A stretch of DNA of 64,000 nt from OCS155 cluster bacterium AG-426-D23. Lineage in GTDB: Bacteria > Actinomycetota > Acidimicrobiia > Actinomarinales > Actinomarinaceae. The translations under genes and the position numbers were made by a program. Location: assembly GCA_003213165.1 (NCBI GenBank), contig QCNO01000002.1:7237-71236 (forward strand), given 5' to 3'. This document shows positions 18,742 to 28,914 of the stretch, one piece after another (positions within the stretch are counted from its first letter, which is position 1; each line of letters opens with the position of its first letter). The notes under the pieces were generated by a model. It was given only the letters and a program-made list of their open reading frames with translations. It was not told where the DNA came from and did not search any database.

Positions 18742-19719
18742 ATGAACGATTCATTTATCTTGAGAGACAGAAAGTGGAGAGAACAAAATGAACGCGTAAC
18801 ATTATCAAGTTATGCGACTTTTTCTGGAGATTCGAAAGGAAGAAGTAAAGAAGAACCTGAAGATACTTTTAGAACATGTTTTGAAAGAGATCGAGATAGA
18901 ATAATTCACTCAAAAACTTTTCGGCGACTAAAACATAAAACACAAGTATTTATAAACCCTGATGGAGATCATTTTATTACAAGAATGACTCACACGCTAA
19001 ACGTTACACAAATTGGAAGGTCAATCGCAAAAACGTTAGGGTTTAATACAGATCTTACTGAAGCAATATGTTTGGGTCATGATGTAGGACATTCCCCTTT
19101 TGGACATACCGGTGAAGAAGTATTAAATGAAATACTAGATGGTGGATGGAGTCACTCCGAAAACTCAGTAAGAATGTTATCAGTAATTGAACCACTCAAT
19201 CTTACAAAGGAAACTATTAATGGAATAGAAAAGCATCCATGGAAATTTAAGGAGCCTCCTTTTACAAACGAAGGTCTAATTTGCAGGTATGCTGATAGAA
19301 TCGCATATCTGTCTCACGATGTTGAAGATGCAATTCGAGCTAGAGTATTAAATAAAAATGACATACCAAAACATATTATTTCTCAACTTGGTAAACCAGG
19401 GAGTACTTGGATAAATTCCCTAGTTTCTGGAGTATTTAAAGCTTCCTCGGACGGTAGTGTCAAAATGGATGAAGAAGTTTTAAATATTATGAATGATCTT
19501 AGAAAATTTATGTTTGAAAAAGTATATCTTAGAGATGAAACAAAAAAAGAAAGAGAAGAAGCAAAAAAAATTGTTGAAAAGCTTGTTTTGAATTTTGCTA
19601 ATAATCCTGATTTGTTACCTAAGCAATATAGAACTAGTCAATTAGAAATAGAAAACGCTGTAGACTACGTGGCAGGTATGACTGACAGGTTTGCCTTGAA
19701 AGAGTTTGAGAAATTATAA
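18742..19719 (+). CDS. dgt: dGTP triphosphohydrolase, HD domain
   Basis: RDRDRIIHS, FRRLKHKTQV, HDVGHSPFGH and DYVAGMTD motifs. Confidence 0.9.
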   Translation: MNDSFILRDRKWREQNERVTLSSYATFSGDSKGRSKEEPEDTFRTCFERDRDRIIHSKTFRRLKHKTQVFINPDGDHFITRMTHTLNVTQIGRSIAKTLGFNTDLTEAICLGHDVGHSPFGHTGEEVLNEILDGGWSHSENSVRMLSVIEPLNLTKETINGIEKHPWKFKEPPFTNEGLICRYADRIAYLSHDVEDAIRARVLNKNDIPKHIISQLGKPGSTWINSLVSGVFKASSDGSVKMDEEVLNIMNDLRKFMFEKVYLRDETKKEREEAKKIVEKLVLNFANNPDLLPKQYRTSQLEIENAVDYVAGMTDRFALKEFEKL

Positions 19720-20535
19720 TTATTCCCCTTTAAATTTAGGTTCTCTTTTTTCCATTCGAGCATAGATACCCTCTTTCAAATCTTCAGAACTTAAAAATGA
19801 AGTACTCCACATTCTTACTAGATCTAATGATTGATCAGAAGTAAGTTCTTCACCTTTGTCAAGAATCATCTTTACTCCCCTCATTACTAGAGGTGAATTA
19901 GACGCAATTTCTTTGGCTAAATCCATGGCTCCATTTATAAGTTCTTCATGGGTATCAAACGTATGATTAACAAACCCTATTTCCATTGCATATTCACCGT
20001 CAAAAGTTTTTCCAGTATACGCAAGTTCCCTTAATAATCCTTTAGAGATAATCTTTGGCATTCTTTGTAAGGCTCCCACGTCTGCAACTAACCCTAACTT
20101 GGATTCTCCAATTGAAAATTTTGCATCTTTTGTTGAAAGTCTAATGTCACAAGATGCTACTAAGTTTGTTGCCCCACCAATGCTATGTCCCTGAATAGCA
20201 GCAATTGTTGGTTTTTGAGTCTTGGCAACTGCAGTAAAAGCATCTTGAAATTTTTTTGTAATTTCCATGATTTCAATTCTTTCTTTTGCATTAGTTTTTA
20301 AATCTTCATTCAAGTCAAAAGCACTTACAAGTAAATTTATGTCTATACCCGCAGAAAAGGTATCCCCTTTCGCTGCAATAATAATTACCCTTACTTCATT
20401 GTTGTCATCTAATTCTTTGATTAATTCTGGTAGGCCAAACCATAATTCATCATTTAATGCATTTTTCTTCTCTGGACGGTTGAACCAAATTAACCCTACG
20501 TTGTCTATTACTTCTGAAAATATTTTTTTATCCAT
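19720..20535 (-). CDS. Enoyl-CoA hydratase/isomerase (crotonase) family
   Basis: NRPEKKNAL, FSAGID, CDIR and ADVGALQR motifs. Confidence 0.88.
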   Translation of the reverse strand: MDKKIFSEVIDNVGLIWFNRPEKKNALNDELWFGLPELIKELDDNNEVRVIIIAAKGDTFSAGIDINLLVSAFDLNEDLKTNAKERIEIMEITKKFQDAFTAVAKTQKPTIAAIQGHSIGGATNLVASCDIRLSTKDAKFSIGESKLGLVADVGALQRMPKIISKGLLRELAYTGKTFDGEYAMEIGFVNHTFDTHEELINGAMDLAKEIASNSPLVMRGVKMILDKGEELTSDQSLDLVRMWSTSFLSSEDLKEGIYARMEKREPKFKGE

Positions 20536-20569
20536 ACTTACCTAGATTCTATATTACTAAAATAACAAG

Positions 20570-21235
20570 ATGGATGTATTCGAAGCACTTTATACAACAA
20601 GGGCTATGCGGCGAGTAAAAGAAGATCCTATTCCAGACAACATCATAAAGTCAATGATTGATTCTGCAATACGTGCGCCTAGTGGATCAAACAGACAAAA
20701 TTGGAAATTTTTAGTCGTAACAGACAAAAATATACGAGAAAAATTAAGTAATATTTATAGGGAGACTTGGGATTACTACATAAATTCTTTTTTAAACAGT
20801 GCTAAGGATCCTGGTGCGTCAAGTTTAAAAAAACAGAATGATAAAGATATTGAGACTATTAGAAGAATAAGTAACTCTGCTTCCTGGCTGGCAGAAAATT
20901 ATCACAAAGTACCTTTACTTGTCTTAGCATTATCAAGAAATGATCCAACAGGGTCATCAATTTACCCAGCGATATGGAACTTAATGTTAGCAGCGAGAGG
21001 CCATGGTATTGGTACATGCTTAACAACAGTTATGAGTTTTGAAACTGAGAAGGTCTTTGAAGTATTAAACATACCAAATGACAAGGGTTGGACCTTAAAT
21101 GCAACTATTACTGCAGGGTATCCACTTGGTAAATGGGGAGTAGCCGAGCGAAAGCCGGTTGATGATGTAACTTATTTAAACACCTGGGGTAACAAGACAA
21201 ACTGGAATCTAGAACAACCTCTATGGAATTACTAA
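20570..21235 (+). CDS. Nitroreductase family protein
   Basis: TTRAMRR, APSGSNRQNW and NLMLAARxxGIG motifs. Confidence 0.88.
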   Translation: MDVFEALYTTRAMRRVKEDPIPDNIIKSMIDSAIRAPSGSNRQNWKFLVVTDKNIREKLSNIYRETWDYYINSFLNSAKDPGASSLKKQNDKDIETIRRISNSASWLAENYHKVPLLVLALSRNDPTGSSIYPAIWNLMLAARGHGIGTCLTTVMSFETEKVFEVLNIPNDKGWTLNATITAGYPLGKWGVAERKPVDDVTYLNTWGNKTNWNLEQPLWNY

Positions 21236-21283
21236 TTTTGTAATCGATTAGAAAAGATACTTTCCAACCATTAAGCTCAAATT

Positions 21284-21871
21284 ATGAGGTTTTTAAATCG
21301 ATTACTATTAATTGTTTTATTAATATTTTCTGTCAGTTGTAGTAACTCTGGTCAAGAAAATAATGTAACTCAAGACATTCAAATAACTGACGCTACAGAG
21401 GCTGGGGTTGAAGTCAAAGAGCCTGCTAACAGCATCTGGGTTTCTGCAAAAAAAGGTGACATTGAATCTATAAGACAACATATTGCATTCGGAACAGATT
21501 TAAATTCTGTTGGTTCCAGCAGAGATGAAACAGCATTAATCATTGCTGCGTGCCAGGGACACGTTGAAGTTGTTGATTTATTGGTAAAAGAAGGTGTTGA
21601 TCTTAACATTCAAAATAACGAAGGTGTTACTGCACAGTTCTGTGCGGTATTTTTTGGACGTACAGAAATAGTACAAATTCTTAGTGATGCTGGAGCAGAT
21701 CCAAATATAGTTATGAGTCAAGATCTGACTGCAATGGACCTTGTTTCTGTAGAGTGGGGAGATACACGGGAATCCGCAGTAAGACTTTACAAACTTAAGT
21801 ATCAGGTTAGTTTTGGTGTTGATGAAATAAGAGCCGAACATCCTTTAATAATGGAAATTTTAAACAAATAA
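21284..21871 (+). CDS. Ankyrin-repeat lipoprotein
   Basis: Signal peptide ending SVSC; about 3 ankyrin repeats (TALIIAACQGHVEVVDLLVKEGVDLN). Confidence 0.8.
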   Translation: MRFLNRLLLIVLLIFSVSCSNSGQENNVTQDIQITDATEAGVEVKEPANSIWVSAKKGDIESIRQHIAFGTDLNSVGSSRDETALIIAACQGHVEVVDLLVKEGVDLNIQNNEGVTAQFCAVFFGRTEIVQILSDAGADPNIVMSQDLTAMDLVSVEWGDTRESAVRLYKLKYQVSFGVDEIRAEHPLIMEILNK

Positions 21872-21888
21872 AATTTTTTAAAATTTTG

Positions 21889-21962
21889 CACGCCCGGAGG
21901 GAGTCGAACCCCCAACCTTCTGATCCGTAGTCAGATGCTCTATCCAGTTAAGCTACGGGCGC
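21889..21962 (-). tRNA. tRNA-Arg(ACG)
   Basis: Cloverleaf, anticodon arm TCTGA-CTACGGA-TCAGA, GTTCGA T-loop. Confidence 0.95.
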
Positions 21963-21966
21963 TTTG

Positions 21967-22053
21967 CGGAGAGGGAGGGATTCGAACCCTCGAGGGAATT
22001 GCTTCCCCACTCGCTTAGCAGGCGAGCACTTTAGGCCACTCAGTCACCTCTCC
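21967..22053 (-). tRNA. tRNA-Ser(GCT)
   Basis: Anticodon arm CTCGC-CTGCTAA-GCGAG, long variable arm. Confidence 0.95.
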
Positions 22054-22060
22054 AAGTACG

Positions 22061-22146
22061 CGGAGGGAGTGGGATTCGAACCCACGGTATGGAATACATA
22101 CAATAGTTTTCAAGACTATCGCCTTCGTCCGCTCGGCCATCCCTCC
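22061..22146 (-). tRNA. tRNA-Ser(TGA)
   Basis: Anticodon arm ATAGT-CTTGAAA-ACTAT, long variable arm. Confidence 0.95.
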
Positions 22147-22160
22147 AGATGGTTTTTACG

Positions 22161-22249
22161 CGGAGGGAGAGGGATTCGAACCCTCGAAGGGGATAAACCC
22201 TTACACGCTTTCCAAGCGTGCGCACTAGGCCAGACTATGCGATCCCTCC
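22161..22249 (-). tRNA. tRNA-Ser(GGA)
   Basis: Anticodon arm CACGC-TTGGAAA-GCGTG, long variable arm. Confidence 0.95.
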
Positions 22250-22274
22250 GAATAAACCTGAGATTCTATTTTAG

Positions 22275-22733
22275 TTATCTCTTAGTTTCAAAGAAAGAGG
22301 ATAATATATCTTTAGATTCATGCGATAGTATATTATCTTTTATCTCAACAAAATGATTTAATCTTGGATCCTGAGGTATATTGTACAACGAAAATGCTGC
22401 ACCAGCTTTTTCATTTTGAGCTCCATATATCAATTTTTTAACTCTTGATGAAGAAATAGCACCAGCACACATAGCATCTGGCTCTAAGGTTACTGCTATT
22501 GTTGTCTCTTCAAGTCTCCAAGTACCTAAAATTTGTGAAGCTTCTTCTAAAACTAATATTTCCGCATGGGACATTGGGTTTTGGTCTAATTCTCTTCTAT
22601 TGTGATTTGCACATATTAAGTTATCGTCTTTATCAAATATTGCTGCACCCACAGGAACTTCATCAATATCCAGAGCTTTTCTTGCTTCATCAAGAGCTAC
22701 TCTCATCTTGTCTTCATCTGATATAAATTTCAT
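22275..22733 (-). CDS. tadA: tRNA adenosine(34) deaminase
   Basis: EVPVGA, HAE, WRL, TLEP-D-AMCAGA, KAGA and LNH motifs. Confidence 0.9.
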   Translation of the reverse strand: MKFISDEDKMRVALDEARKALDIDEVPVGAAIFDKDDNLICANHNRRELDQNPMSHAEILVLEEASQILGTWRLEETTIAVTLEPDAMCAGAISSSRVKKLIYGAQNEKAGAAFSLYNIPQDPRLNHFVEIKDNILSHESKDILSSFFETKR

Positions 22734-22773
22734 CTTATTTAATTATCTCAACTGTTGATGTTAATATAACCAA

Positions 22774-23328
22774 ATGTTTGAGTTTTTCATATTTGCATTT
22801 GTAACTGCAATCACTCCTGGTCCAAACAATTCTTTGCTAATGGCCTCTGGAATAAAATTTGGTAGAAAAGCATCGATACCTCATTTTCTTGGGATTTGGC
22901 TAGGGTTCACTTTTTTATTTTTTGTAGGTGGTTTTTTACTTACCTATGTACCAGTTGAAATTTTTAATTATCTTCAATATGTTGGTTACGCGGTTATTAC
23001 ATATATTGCATACAGGGTTGCCACTACGTAGCTAGACACAGATGTAAAAGGTTCTGCTGTAGAGAAGCCTTTTACCTTTATACAAGCTTGTCTTTTCCAA
23101 TGGATAAATCCTAAAGGTGTTGTTATGGCTGTGTCCGGTCTTACGGCATTCAATATTACAAATAACCAGGGTGCACTGATATATTTTTTAGTTTTACCTT
23201 TTTGTGTAGGAATATGGTTAATACTAGGAGAACAGCTTCAAAATAGTTTGAAAAAAAATAAGACAGTGGCTCGTGCAACTTATGTAGTGCTTGGCATAAG
23301 CATGATTGCTAGCTTGTTATTAGCCTAA
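22774..23328 (+). pseudogene. LysE/RhtB family translocator interrupted by one in-frame TAG (23029-23031)
   Basis: ITPGPNN N-terminus; reading through the TAG gives KPFTFIQACLFQWINPKG in frame with the 23125 ORF. Confidence 0.8.
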
Positions 23329-24570
23329 AGTTTTAACACCAACAATTTCAGCAACTGTATCAGAGAACTCGACTTTACCGTCTTCAGTTTGGTTATTTTC
23401 AATTAAGGCAATTAAGATTCTTCCTACTGCAATTGCGGTTCCATTTAGAGTATGTAAAATATTTGTTTCTCCATCTGATTTTGCTCTTATGTTAAGCCTT
23501 CTTGCTTGAAAGCTTGTTGTGTTGGAACAAGAAGTAACCTCTCTGTATGTGTTTTGACTTGGTATCCATGCTTCAATGTCATATTTTTTAGCAGCAGAAG
23601 CGCCTAAGTCTCCTGCGCAAACATCTACAACCCTATATGGAATCTCTAAAGCCTGTAAGAGCTCTTCTTCAACTGAGAGAATAAATTCATGTTCCTCTTC
23701 AGATTTTTCAGGATTGCAGAAGGAAAACATCTCAACTTTGTCGAATTGATGTACTCTAAATATTCCTGTTGTATCTTTTCCATATGTTCCAGCTTCGCGT
23801 CTAAAGCATGTAGAAAATCCTGCATATCTAATTGGTAAATTCTCTATGTCTAAAATCTCATCGCTATGTAAAGCTGCCAATGGTACTTCTGAAGTTCCAA
23901 CTAAATATAAATCATCATTTGGAATTTCATACACTTGCTCAGCATCGTCGGGAAAAAATCCGGTTCCATATAATGCATTCTCTCTAACTAGCACTGGTGG
24001 CACAGTAGGGGTGAAGCCTTTGTTTGAGAGAATATCTAAAGCCCAAGAAACAAGATTGAATTCAATTTTTACTAAATCACCAAACAAGTAAGAAAAACGA
24101 GAACCAGATACTTCAGATGCTTTTTGAACATCAATTAAGCCTAATTTTTCTGCAATCTCTAGGTGGTCTTTTGGGTTATCTATATTTTTTATATCACCGA
24201 CTTGTTTTATTTCTGCATTGTCTTCATCGGTTTTACCATCAGGAGATGTTGATGAAATTAAATTTGGAATTTTTACCCATAAATCATAAAAAACTTTGTC
24301 TTTTTCTTCTACCTCATCAAATAGTTTTTTTACATTTTGACTAATTTGAGAGGCTTTTTCCAGTAGTACATCTTTTTCTTTTGGTTCTGCATTCGCTATA
24401 TCTTTGCCTAGTGATTTTTGATCTGCTCTTAATTTTTCAGCTTCAAACCGTAGTTTTCTTCTAGATTCATCAAGTTCGATTAATTGTTCTAAGTCAATAT
24501 CAAGATTCCTTCTTTTAAGATTGTCTTTCAGAGAATCTAAATCATTTTTAAGCAATAAAGGATCTAGCAT
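23320..24570 (-). CDS. serS: Serine--tRNA ligase
   Basis: N-terminal coiled coil; GTSE, CFRREAG, RVHQFDKVE and HTLNGT motifs. Confidence 0.97.
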   Translation of the reverse strand: MLDPLLLKNDLDSLKDNLKRRNLDIDLEQLIELDESRRKLRFEAEKLRADQKSLGKDIANAEPKEKDVLLEKASQISQNVKKLFDEVEEKDKVFYDLWVKIPNLISSTSPDGKTDEDNAEIKQVGDIKNIDNPKDHLEIAEKLGLIDVQKASEVSGSRFSYLFGDLVKIEFNLVSWALDILSNKGFTPTVPPVLVRENALYGTGFFPDDAEQVYEIPNDDLYLVGTSEVPLAALHSDEILDIENLPIRYAGFSTCFRREAGTYGKDTTGIFRVHQFDKVEMFSFCNPEKSEEEHEFILSVEEELLQALEIPYRVVDVCAGDLGASAAKKYDIEAWIPSQNTYREVTSCSNTTSFQARRLNIRAKSDGETNILHTLNGTAIAVGRILIALIENNQTEDGKVEFSDTVAEIVGVKTLG

Positions 24571-24573
24571 GAA

Positions 24574-25557
24574 TTAACTCTCTGGTGGTATAAAAGCATA
24601 TATTGAAAGTAAATTATCTGAAAGCTCTTCCTCATCATCAATTTCTTCAATTTTAATAAACCATTCGTGTTGGATACCTTTTTCTATATTAATGGGGTCT
24701 GTAAGAAAAATTTTGCTTTCTTTTGGTCCTATTGAGCTAATTTTATTTTTTGATTCATATACTGTTTCTTCAAACTCATCTGTTACCAAAATTAAAACTA
24801 CTACATCGTAAGAATCAACATTTCCCTCATTAGATATCACTACTTGAAGAGAGACTGGTTCATCTAAGAGAACTGCGACGTCATCCTCCGTAAAAGCAAT
24901 TGGCATTGGTACAAATTCAGTTCCAGAAACAGCAAGATTTTTTTGCAGAAATAAGCCACCTGTACTTTTTTTTGCTTTATCAACTAATAAATCAGCAAAT
25001 TGATATGAATTATCTTCAATTCCTATATATTCAATTTGATAAAAATTGGGTAAAAAGGTTCCCTCAATCAGAGCATTCTGCCGGAGAAGAAAAAGAAATT
25101 CAGAGTAAGCTTTGTCACCAATAGAAAGATCAATAATGCTTTGAGCTATCGATTCTTCTATATTTACAGAATTTGGGTTATCAATAAGTGTAGTTATTGA
25201 AACTTCGAATAACTCTACTCCATCTAGCCAACTGTTAACAGCAATTTCTAATAGTTGCTTTTCCTTTGAGGTGTATTCATTATTGCTGCTGTTTAAAAGT
25301 TGATAAGCCTCTTGAGAGTTTGTACGAATTTTATTAACCTTACTTTCGAATTTCTCTCTACTAACTTCTGAAAAATCCAAAAGCTCCCTAAAATTTTCTG
25401 AGTTTAAGTTATGTATTTCAGAAATAGTGGCTGCATCTGATAGAAATTGATTAAATTCTTCAGCTTGATTTAATTCATTAAAATAAGTTATCAATACATA
25501 AGTCAATAAAGCAATAAATATTGTTAGTCCCGTTAATTTAAATATGTTACTTTTCAT
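24574..25557 (-). CDS. Membrane-anchored hypothetical protein (helical region plus CARDB/Ig-like C-terminus)
   Basis: N-terminal TM; VVISNEGN...I.P.ES...EEELSDN pattern resembles CARDB. Confidence 0.6.
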   Translation of the reverse strand: MKSNIFKLTGLTIFIALLTYVLITYFNELNQAEEFNQFLSDAATISEIHNLNSENFRELLDFSEVSREKFESKVNKIRTNSQEAYQLLNSSNNEYTSKEKQLLEIAVNSWLDGVELFEVSITTLIDNPNSVNIEESIAQSIIDLSIGDKAYSEFLFLLRQNALIEGTFLPNFYQIEYIGIEDNSYQFADLLVDKAKKSTGGLFLQKNLAVSGTEFVPMPIAFTEDDVAVLLDEPVSLQVVISNEGNVDSYDVVVLILVTDEFEETVYESKNKISSIGPKESKIFLTDPINIEKGIQHEWFIKIEEIDDEEELSDNLLSIYAFIPPES

Positions 25558-25649
25558 TTGCGTTGATCTGTTTGTCTTTACGAACAGTATTGTACTTCTT
25601 TATTAAGTCTAAGAAAACTAATACATTTCACAACTATCATTGTTACTAA

Positions 25650-26303
25650 ATGACAAATAGCAAAGCAATATGGACAGTAAAAACTGAATGCGGTCCTATT
25701 AGAGAAAAAAACGAGGACGCTATATATCCTGATAAATCAGGTTCCTCAAGCCTGCCTATCAAAGCAGGAGTATTTGATGGGATGGGCGGTCATAAAAAAG
25801 GTGAGGTTGCTAGTCTTTTAGCTTCGGAGGTAATGGATGCTAATTTTATAAATATTTCTGACTACGTAAATCTAGCTAATAAAAACATCTTAGATTATCA
25901 AAATAAACATACAGAAGCTATGGGAATGGGTACAACAATGACTATTGTTGAAATCGATAAGGAGAAAGTTCTGCACTTGGCACACGTTGGAGATAGCCGA
26001 TGTTATGTATTAAATAATAGAAATTTGATGCAGTTGACTAAAGATGAAAATGTCCCAGGCTATCAGAATGTACTTACACAAGCACTGGGTAGTAAAGAAA
26101 AGCTAAAGATTCAAACTAAAGATTTTCAGCTTACAAGTGGTGATGTTGTGTTTTTATGTACTGATGGCGTTTATAACGAAATAGGTGATGAATATCTAAA
26201 GAATAAATTAATGGATGGAGTTACTGCTGAGACACTTATAAGTGAAGTACTTTTACAAAACCCAAAAGATAATATATCCGCAATAATAATAAATGTGATT
26301 TGA
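25650..26303 (+). CDS. PP2C-family Ser/Thr phosphatase
   Basis: RxxNED, DGMGGH, MGTT, HVGDSR, LCTDG and DN motifs. Confidence 0.92.
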   Translation: MTNSKAIWTVKTECGPIREKNEDAIYPDKSGSSSLPIKAGVFDGMGGHKKGEVASLLASEVMDANFINISDYVNLANKNILDYQNKHTEAMGMGTTMTIVEIDKEKVLHLAHVGDSRCYVLNNRNLMQLTKDENVPGYQNVLTQALGSKEKLKIQTKDFQLTSGDVVFLCTDGVYNEIGDEYLKNKLMDGVTAETLISEVLLQNPKDNISAIIINVI

Positions 26304-28075
26304 TTATGAAAATTGGACAAATTATAAAAGAGCGATATGAGATAGTAGAAATCCTGGGCGAAGGTGGTATGGCTTTCGTTTACAAAGCAAAAGATAAACA
26401 ACTTCAGAGAAATGTAGCAATTAAAACACTCAAGCCAAATTATGTTAACCAGGAAAAATTTGTAGATCGTTTTAGGCGTGAAGCACAAACTGCTGCAAAT
26501 TTAAATCACCCAAATATTGTACAAATATTTGATTGGGGAATTGAAGATGAACCGTATTTTGTAATGGAGTATATAGAAGGCAATACTTTAACTTCTATAA
26601 TTACTGGAAACAAGACGGTTGGATTAAATGATATTTTATATATTGGCTCACAGGTAGCGAATGGTCTTAAAGAGGCACACAAACATGGTTTAGTCCACAG
26701 AGATATTAAGCCAGGAAATATAATGATTACTCCAGACGGTAAAGTAAAGGTTACTGACTTTGGAATAGTTTCATTACAAAACGAAGAAAGTGATATTACT
26801 AAGACTGGTGCTGTTCTTGGAACCGCAAGCTACATTTCGCCCGAACAAGCACAGGGTAAGCCCGTTTCATTTGAGTCAGATTTATATTCTTTAGGGACAG
26901 TGCTGTATGAACTAATAGCAGGAAACCCACCTTTCACTGGTGATTCGCCAATAGCAACAGCTACAAAACATTTAACTGATAAGCCAGAAAAATTATCAAA
27001 TTATAGAAAAGACATACCGAAAGCACTAGAAAATGCAATACTAAAACTTCTTGAAAAAAGACCTTCTGATAGATTTAAATCTGCCGAAGATTTAAGAGCT
27101 TTGCTTTTACAACAAAGAAAGCAAATTCAAATCAACCAAACTCAAGAAAACTTAGTTGACTTAACAAATCCAAAAATAAAATTTAGATTTACTTTACCTG
27201 CCCTAATAATTTCTGTAGCACTTGTGTTTGGAACTATTTGGGCGTTATCAAATGTGTTTGACGGTCTTCCTGCTGACGGTGGTGCTCCAATGTTAGTAGA
27301 AATACCCGATTTAACTGGAAGTGAGCAAGCACAAGCTCTTAACGATTTACAATCACTAGGTTTTATTGTTGGAATTGAAAATGCTGCTGACTCTTCTGTT
27401 CCTGCAGGGTTTGTTATTACAACACAACCGCCTGCAGATACTATAACTAATCCCGATACCTTGGTAACGATTATTGTTTCGGTAGGTCCAGAAGCTTTCC
27501 CTATTCCATATGTAGTTGATCTTGAAATAGCAAGAGGTATTTATGTAATTAATGAAAGTGGCTTCCAAGTAGGACAACAATTAGAAGTAAATGACGACAA
27601 TATTCCTCGAGGATTTATTATTTCTCAAAATCCAATTGCAGGAACAAAAATGAGTCCTGATTCAACAGTAGATTTAGTTATTTCAGGTGGGCCAAGCTTG
27701 ATTGAAATAAGTGACCTCTCAAGGAAATCTATAGTTGATGCTATTCAAATTCTTGATACACTCGGATTTGAATATGAGTTTATAGAGGAATATTCTGAAG
27801 ATGTTTCTGTAGGGCTGGTATCACACACAATTCCACGAGCAGGCGAGTTGGTTACTATTGATCAAGTAATTCAGGTAATAGTTTCAATCGGGCTTAAAGT
27901 TGAGGTACCGAACTTAATTGGATTTACTTATCAAGAGGCATCTAATATATTGCAAGAAATAGGCCTATTGCCTTCAGCAAGTGGGGATACTGGAGGAAGA
28001 GTAAGTGAGCAAAATCCAAGAGAAGGTGAGTTTATTGATCCTGAAGGATTTGTTGAATTAAGTTTTGGAAGTTAA
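26300..28075 (+). CDS. pknB: PASTA-domain Ser/Thr protein kinase
   Basis: GEGGMAxVY, HRDIKPGN, DFG and SPE motifs, one TM, four PASTA repeats. Confidence 0.92.
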   Translation: MIMKIGQIIKERYEIVEILGEGGMAFVYKAKDKQLQRNVAIKTLKPNYVNQEKFVDRFRREAQTAANLNHPNIVQIFDWGIEDEPYFVMEYIEGNTLTSIITGNKTVGLNDILYIGSQVANGLKEAHKHGLVHRDIKPGNIMITPDGKVKVTDFGIVSLQNEESDITKTGAVLGTASYISPEQAQGKPVSFESDLYSLGTVLYELIAGNPPFTGDSPIATATKHLTDKPEKLSNYRKDIPKALENAILKLLEKRPSDRFKSAEDLRALLLQQRKQIQINQTQENLVDLTNPKIKFRFTLPALIISVALVFGTIWALSNVFDGLPADGGAPMLVEIPDLTGSEQAQALNDLQSLGFIVGIENAADSSVPAGFVITTQPPADTITNPDTLVTIIVSVGPEAFPIPYVVDLEIARGIYVINESGFQVGQQLEVNDDNIPRGFIISQNPIAGTKMSPDSTVDLVISGGPSLIEISDLSRKSIVDAIQILDTLGFEYEFIEEYSEDVSVGLVSHTIPRAGELVTIDQVIQVIVSIGLKVEVPNLIGFTYQEASNILQEIGLLPSASGDTGGRVSEQNPREGEFIDPEGFVELSFGS

Positions 28076-28898
28076 AACTAAAAATTTCAAGAATGTACTT
28101 TTACATTGGTACAAAGATAATAAAAGAGAGTATTCCTGGAGAAACAATTCTGACCCTTGGAGTATTTACTTACTTGAAGTAATCTCTCAACAAACCCAGC
28201 TAGACAGAGCAGATAAGTATTTTAAGGAATTTATAAAAGAATTTCCTACTCCAAATGATATGGCCACTACTTCATTCAAAAAGGTATTGAAGATGTGGTC
28301 AGGTTTAGGTTATAACAGCAGGGCCAAAAGAATGTTTGAGTCATCAAAAATAATAGCCAAGAAATCTTTTGATGATTTATATCCTGACTTTCAACAATTA
28401 CCAGGCGTTGGACCTTACACAGAAAATGCAATACTATCTTTTGCATACAATGAACAAGTAATAACTGAGGACATAAATGTAAAGCGAATTATTTCTAGAT
28501 ACTTTGGTATTGAAAATCCAAAAAAATATATTGATCGTTTTTCATCTTTGCTTTTAAAAAATACTAATTCGAGAAATTTAAATCAAGCTTTCATGGATTT
28601 TGGCAGCAGTATTTGTAAGCCTCGAAGTCCATTGTGTTCAGATTGTCCACTTGAAAATACCTGTGAAAAATATTTTAATTATGAAACAAAGCCTATAGAA
28701 AAGTTTTCTGGATCTAATAGAGAACTTAGAGGAAATTTGATTAAATTACTTCTAAAAAAAGGAAATCTGAAGGTCAAAACTATACAACAGGAACTGGACA
28801 CCGATCAAGATAGGCTGAACGAAATATTAAAAAAGATGCAAAAAGATGGTTTAGTAAAGTTGAATACAAATAATCTTGTTGAAATAAATCTTGGTTGA
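28065..28898 (+). CDS. mutY: A/G-specific adenine glycosylase
   Basis: WR, EVISQQT, WSGLGY, LPGVGPYT HhH and C-x6-C-x2-C-x5-C motifs. Confidence 0.88.
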   Translation: MEVKTKNFKNVLLHWYKDNKREYSWRNNSDPWSIYLLEVISQQTQLDRADKYFKEFIKEFPTPNDMATTSFKKVLKMWSGLGYNSRAKRMFESSKIIAKKSFDDLYPDFQQLPGVGPYTENAILSFAYNEQVITEDINVKRIISRYFGIENPKKYIDRFSSLLLKNTNSRNLNQAFMDFGSSICKPRSPLCSDCPLENTCEKYFNYETKPIEKFSGSNRELRGNLIKLLLKKGNLKVKTIQQELDTDQDRLNEILKKMQKDGLVKLNTNNLVEINLG

Positions 28899-28914
28899 TA
28901 TTAAGTTGTAAATT

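Noticed and set aside
22061-22146. tRNA with TGA anticodon as a possible tRNA-Sec
   Set aside because: Anticodon TGA reads UCA (Ser); tRNA-Sec needs anticodon TCA and an 8-bp acceptor stem.
21964-22356. 130-aa and 61-aa ORFs over the tRNA array
   Set aside because: They are translations of tRNA genes and their antisense strand.
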